Source: Sedimentisphaerales bacterium
Lineage (GTDB): Bacteria > Planctomycetota > Phycisphaerae > Sedimentisphaerales > Anaerobacaceae
Length of the DNA: 64,000 nt
Assembly: GCA_040772485.1 (NCBI GenBank)
Contig: JAXGYC010000015.1
Coordinates: 26,090 to 90,089 of the forward strand
Reading direction: 5' to 3'
In this document: piece after piece, positions 35,181 to 44,196 of the stretch
How positions within the stretch are numbered: position 1 is the first letter of the stretch
How the letters are laid out: each line of letters opens with the position of its first letter
The notes under the pieces: generated by a model
The model's database searches: none
What the model saw: only the letters and a program-made list of their open reading frames with translations
What the model was told of the DNA's origin: nothing
Position numbers and translations under genes: made by a program

Positions 35181-36164
35181 TTACTTGGTGTCCTTGGGAA
35201 TCGAGCAGGCGACGCGGAAGCCGACGAAGTCGATCTGAGGCAGCCACCACTTGCTCTTGGGAATCTGCGGGTCGTTCATCCGCCACCAGTCCTCTTCGAA
35301 CGCCCGGGCGGCGCAACGCAGATCGGCCACCGGGCTGTCGTAGCACCCGCCGCGCGCGACGTGCACCTTGCCCTCTTTGGGACCGGTCGGGTTCTGCGTC
35401 GCGGCATCGGCATAACCGTTGGGCTGGTAGAAGTCGTGGACCCACTCGCGGACGTTGCCATGCATGTCGTACAGGCCCCAGGCGTTGGGCTTCTTCGTGG
35501 CTGTGGCGCCGGGACCGAAGTCGGAATTGTCCTCGTACCAGGCATAGTCGCCGATCTTCTCGGCGTCGCCGGCGGGACCATAGGCACAGGTCGTTCCGGC
35601 CCGGGCGGCGTATTCCCATTCCGCTTCGGTGGGCAGGCGGTACGGCTTGCCCGTCTTCTGCGCCAGCCACTGGCAGAACACGCTCGCGTTGTGCCAGGTC
35701 ATGCCGATCGCCGGATGCTTGACGCTGTAGCCCATCGTCATGTCCCCATAGACGGGCGTCGGGCCGGTGATGGTGTTGACGCCGCCGGCGGCCGGCTCAG
35801 CGTTCTTCTGGGCCTCCTGGACCTCGACGAACTCCTTCTTGGCGGTGCCCGTCTCCTGGTAGTAGGCCATGAACAGCTCCAAGGTGGTCTCCGTCGAGCA
35901 GAGATAGAACGGATCGAGACTGACCTTGCGCTGCGGCCCCTCGTCTTCGTTGCGATCCGCCTCCGTGGCGGGGCTGCCCATCGTGAAGCTGCCGCCCGGG
36001 ATCAGGACCATCTCGAGAGACAGCTCGGCGCCGGTCTTGCTCTTGATCGTCTCGGTATACTTCTTCGGGAGTTTGTCTTCGGCGCCGATGACGCTGCCGG
36101 CCAACACCGCTGCGACACAGAGGGCCAGGACACCGATGCGCTTCTGCCTGCTGCTGCGTTTCAC
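35181..36164 (-). CDS. Secreted FGE-sulfatase (SUMF1) domain protein, probably non-catalytic
   Basis: RLPTEAEWEYAARAG, NAWGLYDMHGNVREW, RGG, GFRV; lacks the CxxxxC pair of true FGE. Confidence 0.88.
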   Translation of the reverse strand: MKRSSRQKRIGVLALCVAAVLAGSVIGAEDKLPKKYTETIKSKTGAELSLEMVLIPGGSFTMGSPATEADRNEDEGPQRKVSLDPFYLCSTETTLELFMAYYQETGTAKKEFVEVQEAQKNAEPAAGGVNTITGPTPVYGDMTMGYSVKHPAIGMTWHNASVFCQWLAQKTGKPYRLPTEAEWEYAARAGTTCAYGPAGDAEKIGDYAWYEDNSDFGPGATATKKPNAWGLYDMHGNVREWVHDFYQPNGYADAATQNPTGPKEGKVHVARGGCYDSPVADLRCAARAFEEDWWRMNDPQIPKSKWWLPQIDFVGFRVACSIPKDTK

Positions 36165-36247
36165 CTTCGTCTCCTTAAGAGCATTTCCAAAAATATCGTC
36201 ATATCCGATTGGTCGCCGGAAGGTTCTGCGGTCCCGGCGTATTGCCT

Positions 36248-37567
36248 CTATATCATCTGTGTGAAGCCCGGCCGGGGAACCGGATAGCTGCCGTCAGGAC
36301 CGAGCCGGCTGGGCGGGTCCATCGCGTCGTGGCATTCCTCGGGCTTGGGCGGGTAGTAGAAATCCGACTGATGGATCTGGTCCCATGTCACTTCTTTGCC
36401 CGTGTAGCAGGAGATCTGTCCCATGACCGTGACCATCGTGCTCGGGACCATGTAGCCGCCGTTGTTGATGGGGTTGCCCGAACGGATCGCGGCAAAGAGC
36501 AGGTCGTGCTCCCGCTGGTACGGATTGCAGCGGGCGGTCGAGCGCCAGTTCGTTTCGCCCCAGATGCGATAGCCGGTGATGTCGGCCTTGCCTTTGGTGC
36601 CCAGCACGACGCTGGAGGAGTCGTTGTGGCAGCCGTCGGTGGTCCGGCAGAAGGCGTAGATGCGCACGCCGCTGGCGAACTCGTAGACCACCGAATGGTG
36701 GTCGAAGACGTCGCCGTAGATCGGGTCGGTCATCGAGGACCGCCCACCCAGGCCGTGGCACTTGACGGGATTGGCCTCGCGCAGGACCCAGCGGGACCGG
36801 TCTAAGTTGTGCACGAGCGACTGCGGCACATCGTCGCCGCTGAGCCAGCGAAAGTGATACTGCGTGCTGCACTGCCATTGGAGCTCGGTCAGGCCGGGTT
36901 GGCGGTCGATGATGCCGTAGGGGCCGCGAAGGAAGTTCTCTTCGATCGAGATCACCTCGCCGATGGCGCCGTCGTGAATCCGCTGGACCGTCTCGGCGTA
37001 TCGCGTGTCGTAGCGGCTGTGCAGGCCTGAGACGAAGCACAGGCCCTTCTGCCTGGCCAGGTCGGCGGCGGCGCCCATGAGCTTGACGCCGGCCGGATCG
37101 ATGCCGTGCGGCTTCTCCACGAACACGTGCTTGCCCGCCTTCACCGCGGTCATCGCGTGCAGCGGATGGAATTTGGCGGCGTTGGCAATGAGCACGACGT
37201 CGCACGAGTCGATCACGTGCTTGTAGCCCTCGAAGCCGATGAAGCAATGGTCGTCGTCGACCATGACCTGATCGCCCTTCTGCTCCTTCAGGATGCGACG
37301 CTTGTCCTTGACGCGGTCCATGAACACGTCGCACATGGCGACGAGGCGGGTTCCGGGATCGGCGTTCAGCGCCTCGGCGGCGGCGCCCGTGCAGCGACCG
37401 CCACAGCCGACCATCCCCACGCGGAGGATGTCGCTGCCGCCCGCAAAGACCCGGGCGCCCAGCCCCAGCGTGCCGGCGACCGCTGACGAAGTCACCACGG
37501 TCGAGGCCTTGAGAAAGTCGCGCCGCGTCGTGCCCTGGCTCCCGTCGGATTTGTTCGAGCCTGCCAT
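36248..37567 (-). CDS. Tat-exported Gfo/Idh/MocA oxidoreductase (tandem copy 4)
   Basis: TRRDFLK; VGCGGRCTGAA; VFVEKP; VHNLD. Confidence 0.9.
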   Translation of the reverse strand: MAGSNKSDGSQGTTRRDFLKASTVVTSSAVAGTLGLGARVFAGGSDILRVGMVGCGGRCTGAAAEALNADPGTRLVAMCDVFMDRVKDKRRILKEQKGDQVMVDDDHCFIGFEGYKHVIDSCDVVLIANAAKFHPLHAMTAVKAGKHVFVEKPHGIDPAGVKLMGAAADLARQKGLCFVSGLHSRYDTRYAETVQRIHDGAIGEVISIEENFLRGPYGIIDRQPGLTELQWQCSTQYHFRWLSGDDVPQSLVHNLDRSRWVLREANPVKCHGLGGRSSMTDPIYGDVFDHHSVVYEFASGVRIYAFCRTTDGCHNDSSSVVLGTKGKADITGYRIWGETNWRSTARCNPYQREHDLLFAAIRSGNPINNGGYMVPSTMVTVMGQISCYTGKEVTWDQIHQSDFYYPPKPEECHDAMDPPSRLGPDGSYPVPRPGFTQMI

Positions 37568-37653
37568 AGTACCTCCTTCGTTCGATCTGCCTGTCCTGGA
37601 CCGGTGTTTCCGTATCGAATCAAGGTCTCCTGTAGATTGCGCCTGCGCGGGTT

Positions 37654-37682
37654 ATGATACGCCCTGAGTCACCCAAATTCAA
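37654..37682 (-). promoter_or_regulatory. Sigma70-type promoter for 36248..37567
   Basis: Minus strand TTGAAT-N17-TATCAT. Confidence 0.65.
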
Positions 37683-37763
37683 GTCGCAGCCCATGTAGGT
37701 CGTAGGTCCTCGCACAACAGCCCAAAGACGAGCGGAGAGGTTCACCCTCAAGGCAGTATGGCG

Positions 37764-39146
37764 TCAGACTTCCGACCACTGGCCGGGGATTGGGACCGGA
37801 TAGCGTCCCTCCGCATCAGCCTGCACCGGCGCGGGGCTTCTGAGCGTGAAGTTCACATCCGGGCAGAAATTGAAATTCGAGGCCATCATCTGTTCCCAAG
37901 TAACGATCTGGCCGGTGTGGATGGCCGCCCGTCCCATAATGGAGGCCAGATTGGTATAGGCGGCCCGCTGGACCTCGTTGTGCGGCCGGTTCTGGCGGAT
38001 CGCGTCGAGCAGCGCGTCCCATTCGGCCTGGTACGGGCTGACCTTTTCAGCGTCGGGACGCCAGGCGATGTTGTCCCGGCTGATCCGCTGGTCCTGGTGA
38101 ATCTGCACGGTCGGCGCGTGGACGTTGCCCGAGAACTGGGCGGCGCACTTCGTGCCGTGCACAAAGGTGGCGAAGTCGTTGCGGCAGTTCTGCTGGTTGC
38201 GGCTGTTGACGAATGCCTTGGTCCCGTCGCCGAAGGTGTACTCGATAGCGTAGCTGTGCACGTTCTGGCTGCAATCGTCGCTTCGCGGCTCGCAGCCGCC
38301 CAGACCCTCGGCGCTCACCGGCCAGGCGTCCTTGATCCAGCAGCACTCGTCCACCTGATGGATCATCATCTCGATGAACCACGCGGAGGACACCCACAGG
38401 AAGAAGTACGGCCGGCGGATCTGCCAGAGCAGTTCGCTCTCGCCTCCCTGGAACGGGCCCATGCGAGCACCGGGATCCATCCGGTACGCGCGGACCAGCG
38501 TGATCTCGCCCATCGCGCCTTCGCGAATCTTCTCGATGAGGGCTTGGCGGGCCGACGAATGGCGGCACATCAGGCCACAACCGATCTTGAGGTTCTTCTG
38601 CCGGGCCAGCTCGCCCAGATGGAGGATCTCGTGCGTGCCACCGGGGTCGGGAGCGAAGGATTTCTCGATGAACGCGTTGACGCCTTTCTCGACAGCGTAC
38701 GCCAAGTGTGTGGGACGGAAGGCGGAATGCGTCGCCTGGATCATCACGTCGCCCGGCCGCAGGCAGTCGATCGCCTTGCGATACGCGTCGAACCCGACAA
38801 AACGCCGGTCCTCGGGCACGTCGATCCGCTCGCCAAACTGTTCCCGCAGGGCATTATAGGACTGCGTCAGGCGGTCTTCGAACACGTCGGCCATGGCGAC
38901 GAGCTTCGTCGGTCCCGTCCGCGAGGAGAGGGCGTTAGCGGCCGCCCCGCCGCCGCGTCCGCCGCAACCGACCAGGGCAAGGCGGATCGTGTTGTTCTCG
39001 CCCGCGTAGGCGCGCGACAGGGCGACGCCGCCCAGCACCGATCCGGCCACGACGCGCGAACTCTGCGCCAGGAACTGCCGGCGAGAGGATCGCGTCCCTT
39101 CCGTCTGCGATGAGGTCAAACCCTTCGACTGCGTTTGACTGTCCAT
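37764..39146 (-). CDS. Tat-exported Gfo/Idh/MocA oxidoreductase (tandem copy 3)
   Basis: Real start ATG 39146 (MDSQTQSK) after AAAGGG; SRRQFL; VGCGGRGGGAA; FIEKS; IHQVD. Confidence 0.9.
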   Translation of the reverse strand: MDSQTQSKGLTSSQTEGTRSSRRQFLAQSSRVVAGSVLGGVALSRAYAGENNTIRLALVGCGGRGGGAAANALSSRTGPTKLVAMADVFEDRLTQSYNALREQFGERIDVPEDRRFVGFDAYRKAIDCLRPGDVMIQATHSAFRPTHLAYAVEKGVNAFIEKSFAPDPGGTHEILHLGELARQKNLKIGCGLMCRHSSARQALIEKIREGAMGEITLVRAYRMDPGARMGPFQGGESELLWQIRRPYFFLWVSSAWFIEMMIHQVDECCWIKDAWPVSAEGLGGCEPRSDDCSQNVHSYAIEYTFGDGTKAFVNSRNQQNCRNDFATFVHGTKCAAQFSGNVHAPTVQIHQDQRISRDNIAWRPDAEKVSPYQAEWDALLDAIRQNRPHNEVQRAAYTNLASIMGRAAIHTGQIVTWEQMMASNFNFCPDVNFTLRSPAPVQADAEGRYPVPIPGQWSEV

Positions 39147-39244
39147 GGTGGCTCCCTTTCCCTTTGGTCTGAGGTCTCGAAGGCAAACGCCGCCGGCCTC
39201 GAAGGGTCCAGGACCGGCGGCGCATCGGCTGCCATGTGATGATA

Positions 39245-40621
39245 CTACACGAATTCCTGGTACTCGCGGTCCTTCAGCACGCCCGGCTGCGGCAGCGGAT
39301 ACCGGCCCTCGGCGTCCGATTTCAGCGGCGCGGGCGAGTCCATCGTGAACTTGTCGGCGTCCGGGGCGAACTCGTGCTGGCAGTTGAGCATCTGATCGTA
39401 CGTGATGACGTTGCCGGTGTGGGCGGCCATGCGGCCCATCGACGTCACCATGCTGGCGATCGCGCCGCGTTCGGTCTCGTTGTAGGGCTTGTCGTTTCGA
39501 ATGGCGTCGATCAGGTCGTCCCATTCGAGCTGATACGGACTGGGCTCGGGCTGCGGGAAGCTCCAGATGAGGTTCTCGCGGGCCATCTTCTGATCGCTGT
39601 ACGTGCGGACGCGGCCGGGCGTGTGGCTGGACGTCGAGACGACCCCCGAGCCCTTCGTGCCGTGGACGAAGCTGCTGAAGGCATTCTCGCAGCCGTCCAT
39701 GTTCCGACCGTCGTAGAAGAACCGGGTGCCGTCGTCGAAGACGTACTCGACCGAGTAATTGTCGAAATTCTGATCGACGGACTCGCCGCGGAAGTGTCGC
39801 GCGCCGATGGCGCGGGCCTCGACGGGCCAGGAGCCCTTCATCCACGAGCACTCGTCGATCTGGTGGATATAGAAATCGCTGTAGACGCCGCCGCTGCCCC
39901 AGAGGAAGCTGTGGAAGCTGCGAACCTGGTAGAGCAGCTCGCTGATGTTGCCCCGCCTCGGACGGGCGTTGGCGGCGCGGCCGCCCATGCGGTAGGCCCG
40001 CATCATGTGGATCTCGCCGATCTCGCCCGACTCGATGCGCTTCTTCAGCTCCTGCCGGCCCCGGCAGTGGCGGATCATCAGGCCCACGCCGACCTTGAGG
40101 TTCTTGGCGTCGGCCTTTTTGGCCAGCTCGATCATCCGCTTGGTGGTCGGGCCGTCCACGGTGACGGGTTTTTCCATGAAGACGTTGATGCCCTTCTCGA
40201 TGGCGTAGGTCAAGTGCACCCAGCGGAACGCCGGCGGCGTCGCGAGGATGGCCACGTCGCCCGGACGCAGGCAGTCCATCGCCTTCCTGTAGCCGTCGAA
40301 GCCGACGAACTTGCGCTCGTCGGGCACATCCATCTGGGCGGCCCGGTCGTTCTGGAGCCCTTTGAAGCTGCGGTCCACGCGGTCGGCGAACACATCCGCC
40401 AGCGCGACGAGCTTCGTCCGTCCGTTCGGGACCGACAGGGCGTTCTGGGCGGCGCCGGTGCCGCGACCGCCGCAACCCACCAGGGCCACCTGGATCGTGT
40501 CGTTGCCGGCGGCGTACAGGCTCGAACCGAGCCCGCCGACCAGCGTGGTGGCCGCAGCGATCCGACCGGTGTTCTTCAGGAATTGGCGGCGTGACGTCTG
40601 TTGGCTCGTGGTTTGTCTCAT
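39245..40621 (-). CDS. Tat-exported Gfo/Idh/MocA oxidoreductase (tandem copy 2)
   Basis: SRRQFLKN; VGCGGRGTGAA; VFMEKPV; IHQID. Confidence 0.92.
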   Translation of the reverse strand: MRQTTSQQTSRRQFLKNTGRIAAATTLVGGLGSSLYAAGNDTIQVALVGCGGRGTGAAQNALSVPNGRTKLVALADVFADRVDRSFKGLQNDRAAQMDVPDERKFVGFDGYRKAMDCLRPGDVAILATPPAFRWVHLTYAIEKGINVFMEKPVTVDGPTTKRMIELAKKADAKNLKVGVGLMIRHCRGRQELKKRIESGEIGEIHMMRAYRMGGRAANARPRRGNISELLYQVRSFHSFLWGSGGVYSDFYIHQIDECSWMKGSWPVEARAIGARHFRGESVDQNFDNYSVEYVFDDGTRFFYDGRNMDGCENAFSSFVHGTKGSGVVSTSSHTPGRVRTYSDQKMARENLIWSFPQPEPSPYQLEWDDLIDAIRNDKPYNETERGAIASMVTSMGRMAAHTGNVITYDQMLNCQHEFAPDADKFTMDSPAPLKSDAEGRYPLPQPGVLKDREYQEFV

Positions 40622-40743
40622 GGTGGGTCTTCTCCTACTTGCCTGGTGTGCGGCGGACAATGCTTCGGTCGTTACATGGAAATGCCGGTCCGATGTGCCG
40701 GACCACCCCCATCAGCTCCTCCGTCATCCCCGTGACATGGCCC

Positions 40744-40771
40744 GTAGGGGCGAATGATTATTCGCCCCTAC
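40744..40771. repeat. REP family A copy
   Basis: gtaggggcgaatgattattcgcccctac followed by aggctgccaccc. Confidence 0.9.
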
Positions 40772-40792
40772 AGGCTGCCACCCACTGGGTTG

Positions 40793-42196
40793 TTATGCGT
40801 ATTCGCGATCGGTGACAATGCCCGGCTTCGGAACCGGATAGCGGCCCTGGGCATCGGACGGCAGCGGAGCCGGCGAATTCCACGTCAGCTTGTCCAGACC
40901 CGGCGCCATCTCGTGCGGGCAGTTGAGTATCTGATCGTAGGTGATCTCCACGCCCGTGTGAGCGGCCATGCGGCCCATCGACGTGACCATGCTGCCGATC
41001 GCGCCGCGCTCGGCCTCGTTGTACGGCTTGTCGTTGCGGATCGCGTCGACGAGGTCATTCCACTCGTTCTGATAGGGATTCTGATCGTCGCGGGGGACCC
41101 TGGATCTCCACACCCGGTTGGCATCGTCGAACGCCTGGCCTTTGTAGATGGCCGAAGGCAGGCCGCAGTCGCCGCTGTTCGAGGCAATGGCTGAGCCCTT
41201 GGTCCCGTGCAGATAGCTGGCATAGATCGGAGCGCAGCCTTCGATCGTGCGCCCGTCGAAGAAGAATTTGCCGCCGTCGGCGAAGGTGTACTCGACCGAG
41301 TAGGTGTCGAAGTTCTGATCGACAAACCGGACGCCTTCAGGGCTCTCCTTGTAGTGTCGGCCGCCCAGCGCCTGGGCCTTCACCGGCCAGGAGCCCTTCA
41401 TCCAGCACAGATGGTCGATCACGTGGATGTAGAAGTCGCTGTAGTTGCCGCCGCTGGCCCAGATGAAGCTGTGGAATCGCCGGATCTGGTAGAGCAGATC
41501 ACTGATGTCGTCCGGCTTGGGCGGCGACGAGAAGAAGCCCACGACCCCGTGCATCCGGTAGCCGCGCATCAGAACGATGTCGCCGATCTCGCCGTCGGCG
41601 ACGCGGTTCGCCAACTCCTGGAGCGCGCGGCTGTGGCGCGACATCAGACCGACGCCGACCTTGAGGTTCTTGGCGTCGGCCTTCTTCGACAGTTCGATCA
41701 TGCGCTTGGTGGTCGGGCCGTCCACGGTCACCGGCTTTTCCATGAAGACGTTCAGGCCCTTGTCGATGGCGTAGGCAAAGTGCACCCAGCGGAAGGCCGG
41801 AGGCGTCGCGAAGATGGCGACGTCGCCCGGACGCAGGCAATCCATTGCCTTCTTGTAGGCGTCGAAGCCGACGAACTTGCGGTCGTCCGGCACGTCCATC
41901 TTGTCGCGGGCGTTCTCGTTGTTCTTGAGGCTGTTGTAGCTGCTGGTCAGGCGATCCTCGAAGACGTCGGCCATGGCCACGAGCTTGATCGGGCCACGAC
42001 CCTTGACGTTCATGGCATCGACCGCCGCTCCCGTGCCGCGCCCGCCGCAGCCGACCAGCGCCAGGCGAATGGTGTTGTCGCTGCCGGCGTACAGGCTCGA
42101 ACTGATGCCCGTCGCCAGGGCCGAGGCGGCGGCGACCCGGCCCGTATTTTTCAGAAACTCCCGACGTGTGGTGGTGTAGCTTGTGGCTTCGCTCAT
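40793..42196 (-). CDS. Tat-exported Gfo/Idh/MocA oxidoreductase (tandem copy 1)
   Basis: TRREFLKN; VGCGGRGTGAA; VFMEKPV; IHVID. Confidence 0.92.
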   Translation of the reverse strand: MSEATSYTTTRREFLKNTGRVAAASALATGISSSLYAGSDNTIRLALVGCGGRGTGAAVDAMNVKGRGPIKLVAMADVFEDRLTSSYNSLKNNENARDKMDVPDDRKFVGFDAYKKAMDCLRPGDVAIFATPPAFRWVHFAYAIDKGLNVFMEKPVTVDGPTTKRMIELSKKADAKNLKVGVGLMSRHSRALQELANRVADGEIGDIVLMRGYRMHGVVGFFSSPPKPDDISDLLYQIRRFHSFIWASGGNYSDFYIHVIDHLCWMKGSWPVKAQALGGRHYKESPEGVRFVDQNFDTYSVEYTFADGGKFFFDGRTIEGCAPIYASYLHGTKGSAIASNSGDCGLPSAIYKGQAFDDANRVWRSRVPRDDQNPYQNEWNDLVDAIRNDKPYNEAERGAIGSMVTSMGRMAAHTGVEITYDQILNCPHEMAPGLDKLTWNSPAPLPSDAQGRYPVPKPGIVTDREYA

Positions 42197-42668
42197 GGCA
42201 GGTCTTCTCCTATCTCATTCGTGTTTGCTTGCCGCCATCCGGTGATACATCGCAGGCCGGCAGCTCCGTTGCCGCCCCCCATTATCCCCTCTGCCGCCCA
42301 GAGTACAAGGCTTTTTGTCGGCCTCTCGGCCATACACATATCCGCGCAGATCCCAGAGCAATCCAGTCTCAGGCGCAGAGGTCTCAGGCTGCCACCCAAC
42401 GCCGTGAAGATTGTGGGCCGGACCGAAGAGACTGCCTCGCCCGGCCCAGCACACCCTGCGTAGTACCTCTCCGGGCCAGGCCCGACGGGAATCGGGCGGG
42501 GCGGTGATGGCGTGTTTGCCCCCCACCGGGGTGGCCGAAGATGCGCGAGGCCACTCCACAGGAAAAGCACCTCGCCAGAACGACTTACGAAATGAACAAC
42601 CGCACCTGAGTTCACGGCGTTGGCTCCCACCCGGCACGATAGCGGGTCCTGGCCGGCAAATTCGTTGC

Positions 42669-42697
42669 TTGCGACACCGGGCCGGGGCTGGTATCAT
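42669..42697 (+). promoter_or_regulatory. Sigma70-type promoter for the 42729 operon
   Basis: TTGCGA-N17-TATCAT with extended -10 TG. Confidence 0.6.
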
Positions 42698-42728
42698 GTC
42701 GGCATTGGCGTTCATGAAGGAGACTGCG

Positions 42729-44177
42729 ATGAATGCAAAGGGTGCACACGCCTCACGTTGTGGCGCCGGGACTTGGCGCGGTACAGTCCTCTCGTTTTTG
42801 CTGGCGGTCGTCGTCTGCGCGTTGGCGGTTTGCAGCGTGCCCGCCAGGGCAGCGAGCGCGGACCAGTGGCAGGCGGGTGTGGCGACAGCCGTCATCACAC
42901 CGGACCAGCCCATGTGGATGGCCGGCTACGCCGCCCGGACGAAACCTGCCGAAGGCAAGGTCCACGATCTGCACGCCAAGGCGCTCCTCTTGCAAGACGC
43001 CCAAGGCAACCGCCTGGCCATCGTCACGGTGGACCTGCTCGGAATCGACCGCACGATGCGCGACTGGATCGCCACACAGGTCGAGCAGCGATACCGCCTC
43101 GCGCCGAAGGACCTGCTGATCAACGCGTCCCATACGCATTCGGGACCCGTGATCCGCGAGAGCGCCTACTCGATCTACGGACACTCGTTCTACAACCTGA
43201 CACCGGAACAGCTCGTGCAATCCGACGCCTACAGCGATCGGTTGCAGGAGAAGATCGCGGCCGTGGTCGGCGAGGCCATCGAGAAACTGGCGCCGGCCAA
43301 ACTGTCCTACACGCATGCCCGCGCGGGCTTCGCCATGAACCGCCGCCGGCCCACGGCGCGAGGCGTCATCAACAGTCCTCATGCGGACGGCCCGGTGGAC
43401 CATGATGTCCCGGTGCTGCGTATCGACGATCCCGAGGGAAGACTTCAGGCGGTCGTCTTCGGATACGCCTGTCACGCGACGACGTTGAGCTTCTATGATT
43501 ACTGCGGTGACTATCCCGGCTATGCCAAGGAATTCGTCGAGCAGCGGTTTCCGGGCGTGACCGCGTTGTTCATCGCCGGCTGCGGGGCCGACCAGAACCC
43601 GTATCCGCGCACGCCGGACCGCGCGCTGGACCTGTGCCGCGAGCACGGCCACGCGCTGGCCAACGCCGTCGAGGCGGCGCTCCAGGGCGTGCCCAAACCC
43701 GTTCGTGGCCCGCTGCGAACGGCGCTGGAGGATGTGACGCTGGACCTCGCCGAGCCGCCCAGCCGCGAAACGCTCGACCAGCAGGCCAAGTCCGACAACA
43801 AATACGAAAAGCTACACGCGGAATTCCTGCTTGCCCAGTTGGAGCATGAAGGCAGGATTCCGGCCACCTACACGTATCCGGTGCAGGTAGTCCGGTTCGG
43901 CGACGACCTGCTGATGGTGGCGCTGGCGGGCGAGGTGGTCGTCGATTATTCGCTGCGTCTGAAGCGCGAGCTGACGGGCCAGCCGCTCTGGGTCGCAGGC
44001 TACTCGAACGACGTCTTCGGCTATGTGCCCTCGGCCCGCATTGTCCACGAGGGCGGCTATGAAGGGGGCGGCGCGATGCTCTACACCCCCCTGCCGGGCC
44101 CCTTCCAACCATCGGTCGAGGAGGTGGTCGTGGCCAAGGTGCACGAACTGGTGCGCCGCGTGAAAACGGAACAATAA
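42729..44177 (+). CDS. Secreted neutral/alkaline ceramidase-like amidohydrolase
   Basis: AAGGAG RBS 7 nt before ATG; ITPD..MWMAGY, DLHAKAL, NASHTHSGP, NRRR, GYACHAT, GDYPG, GYSND..GYVPS..GGYE. Confidence 0.85.
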   Translation: MNAKGAHASRCGAGTWRGTVLSFLLAVVVCALAVCSVPARAASADQWQAGVATAVITPDQPMWMAGYAARTKPAEGKVHDLHAKALLLQDAQGNRLAIVTVDLLGIDRTMRDWIATQVEQRYRLAPKDLLINASHTHSGPVIRESAYSIYGHSFYNLTPEQLVQSDAYSDRLQEKIAAVVGEAIEKLAPAKLSYTHARAGFAMNRRRPTARGVINSPHADGPVDHDVPVLRIDDPEGRLQAVVFGYACHATTLSFYDYCGDYPGYAKEFVEQRFPGVTALFIAGCGADQNPYPRTPDRALDLCREHGHALANAVEAALQGVPKPVRGPLRTALEDVTLDLAEPPSRETLDQQAKSDNKYEKLHAEFLLAQLEHEGRIPATYTYPVQVVRFGDDLLMVALAGEVVVDYSLRLKRELTGQPLWVAGYSNDVFGYVPSARIVHEGGYEGGGAMLYTPLPGPFQPSVEEVVVAKVHELVRRVKTEQ

Positions 44178-44196
44178 AAGGATGGGAGGCTCGAAT

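Noticed and set aside
35181-36164. Formylglycine-generating enzyme activating a sulfatase
   Set aside because: The catalytic Cys pair is absent, the protein has a signal peptide, and there is no sulfatase in the window; treated as a SUMF1-fold domain protein.
33714-36287. 857-aa plus-strand ORF (likewise 16865..19030, 51799..53424, 29856..31331, 62552..63640 and many other overlapping track ORFs)
   Set aside because: Antisense or alternative-frame shadows of well-supported genes in GC-rich DNA; Arg/Ala/Gly-rich with no recognisable motifs.
37764-40475. 903-aa ORF suggesting a giant fusion oxidoreductase
   Set aside because: The first ~440 codons are an alternative frame of the 39245..40621 gene; the real gene starts at ATG 39146 with its own RBS and Tat signal.
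3346-40771. Repeated 28-bp palindromes as a possible CRISPR array
   Set aside because: Copies are dispersed over kilobases, not regularly spaced by unique spacers, and no cas genes are present; they fit REPs.
42230-42660. Long intergenic region as an ncRNA or tRNA
   Set aside because: No tRNA cloverleaf or T-loop motif seen; it contains repeat fragments (aggctgccaccc; a minus-strand GTAGGGTGTGC REP-like arm near 42440-42465) and divergent promoters, which explain it adequately.
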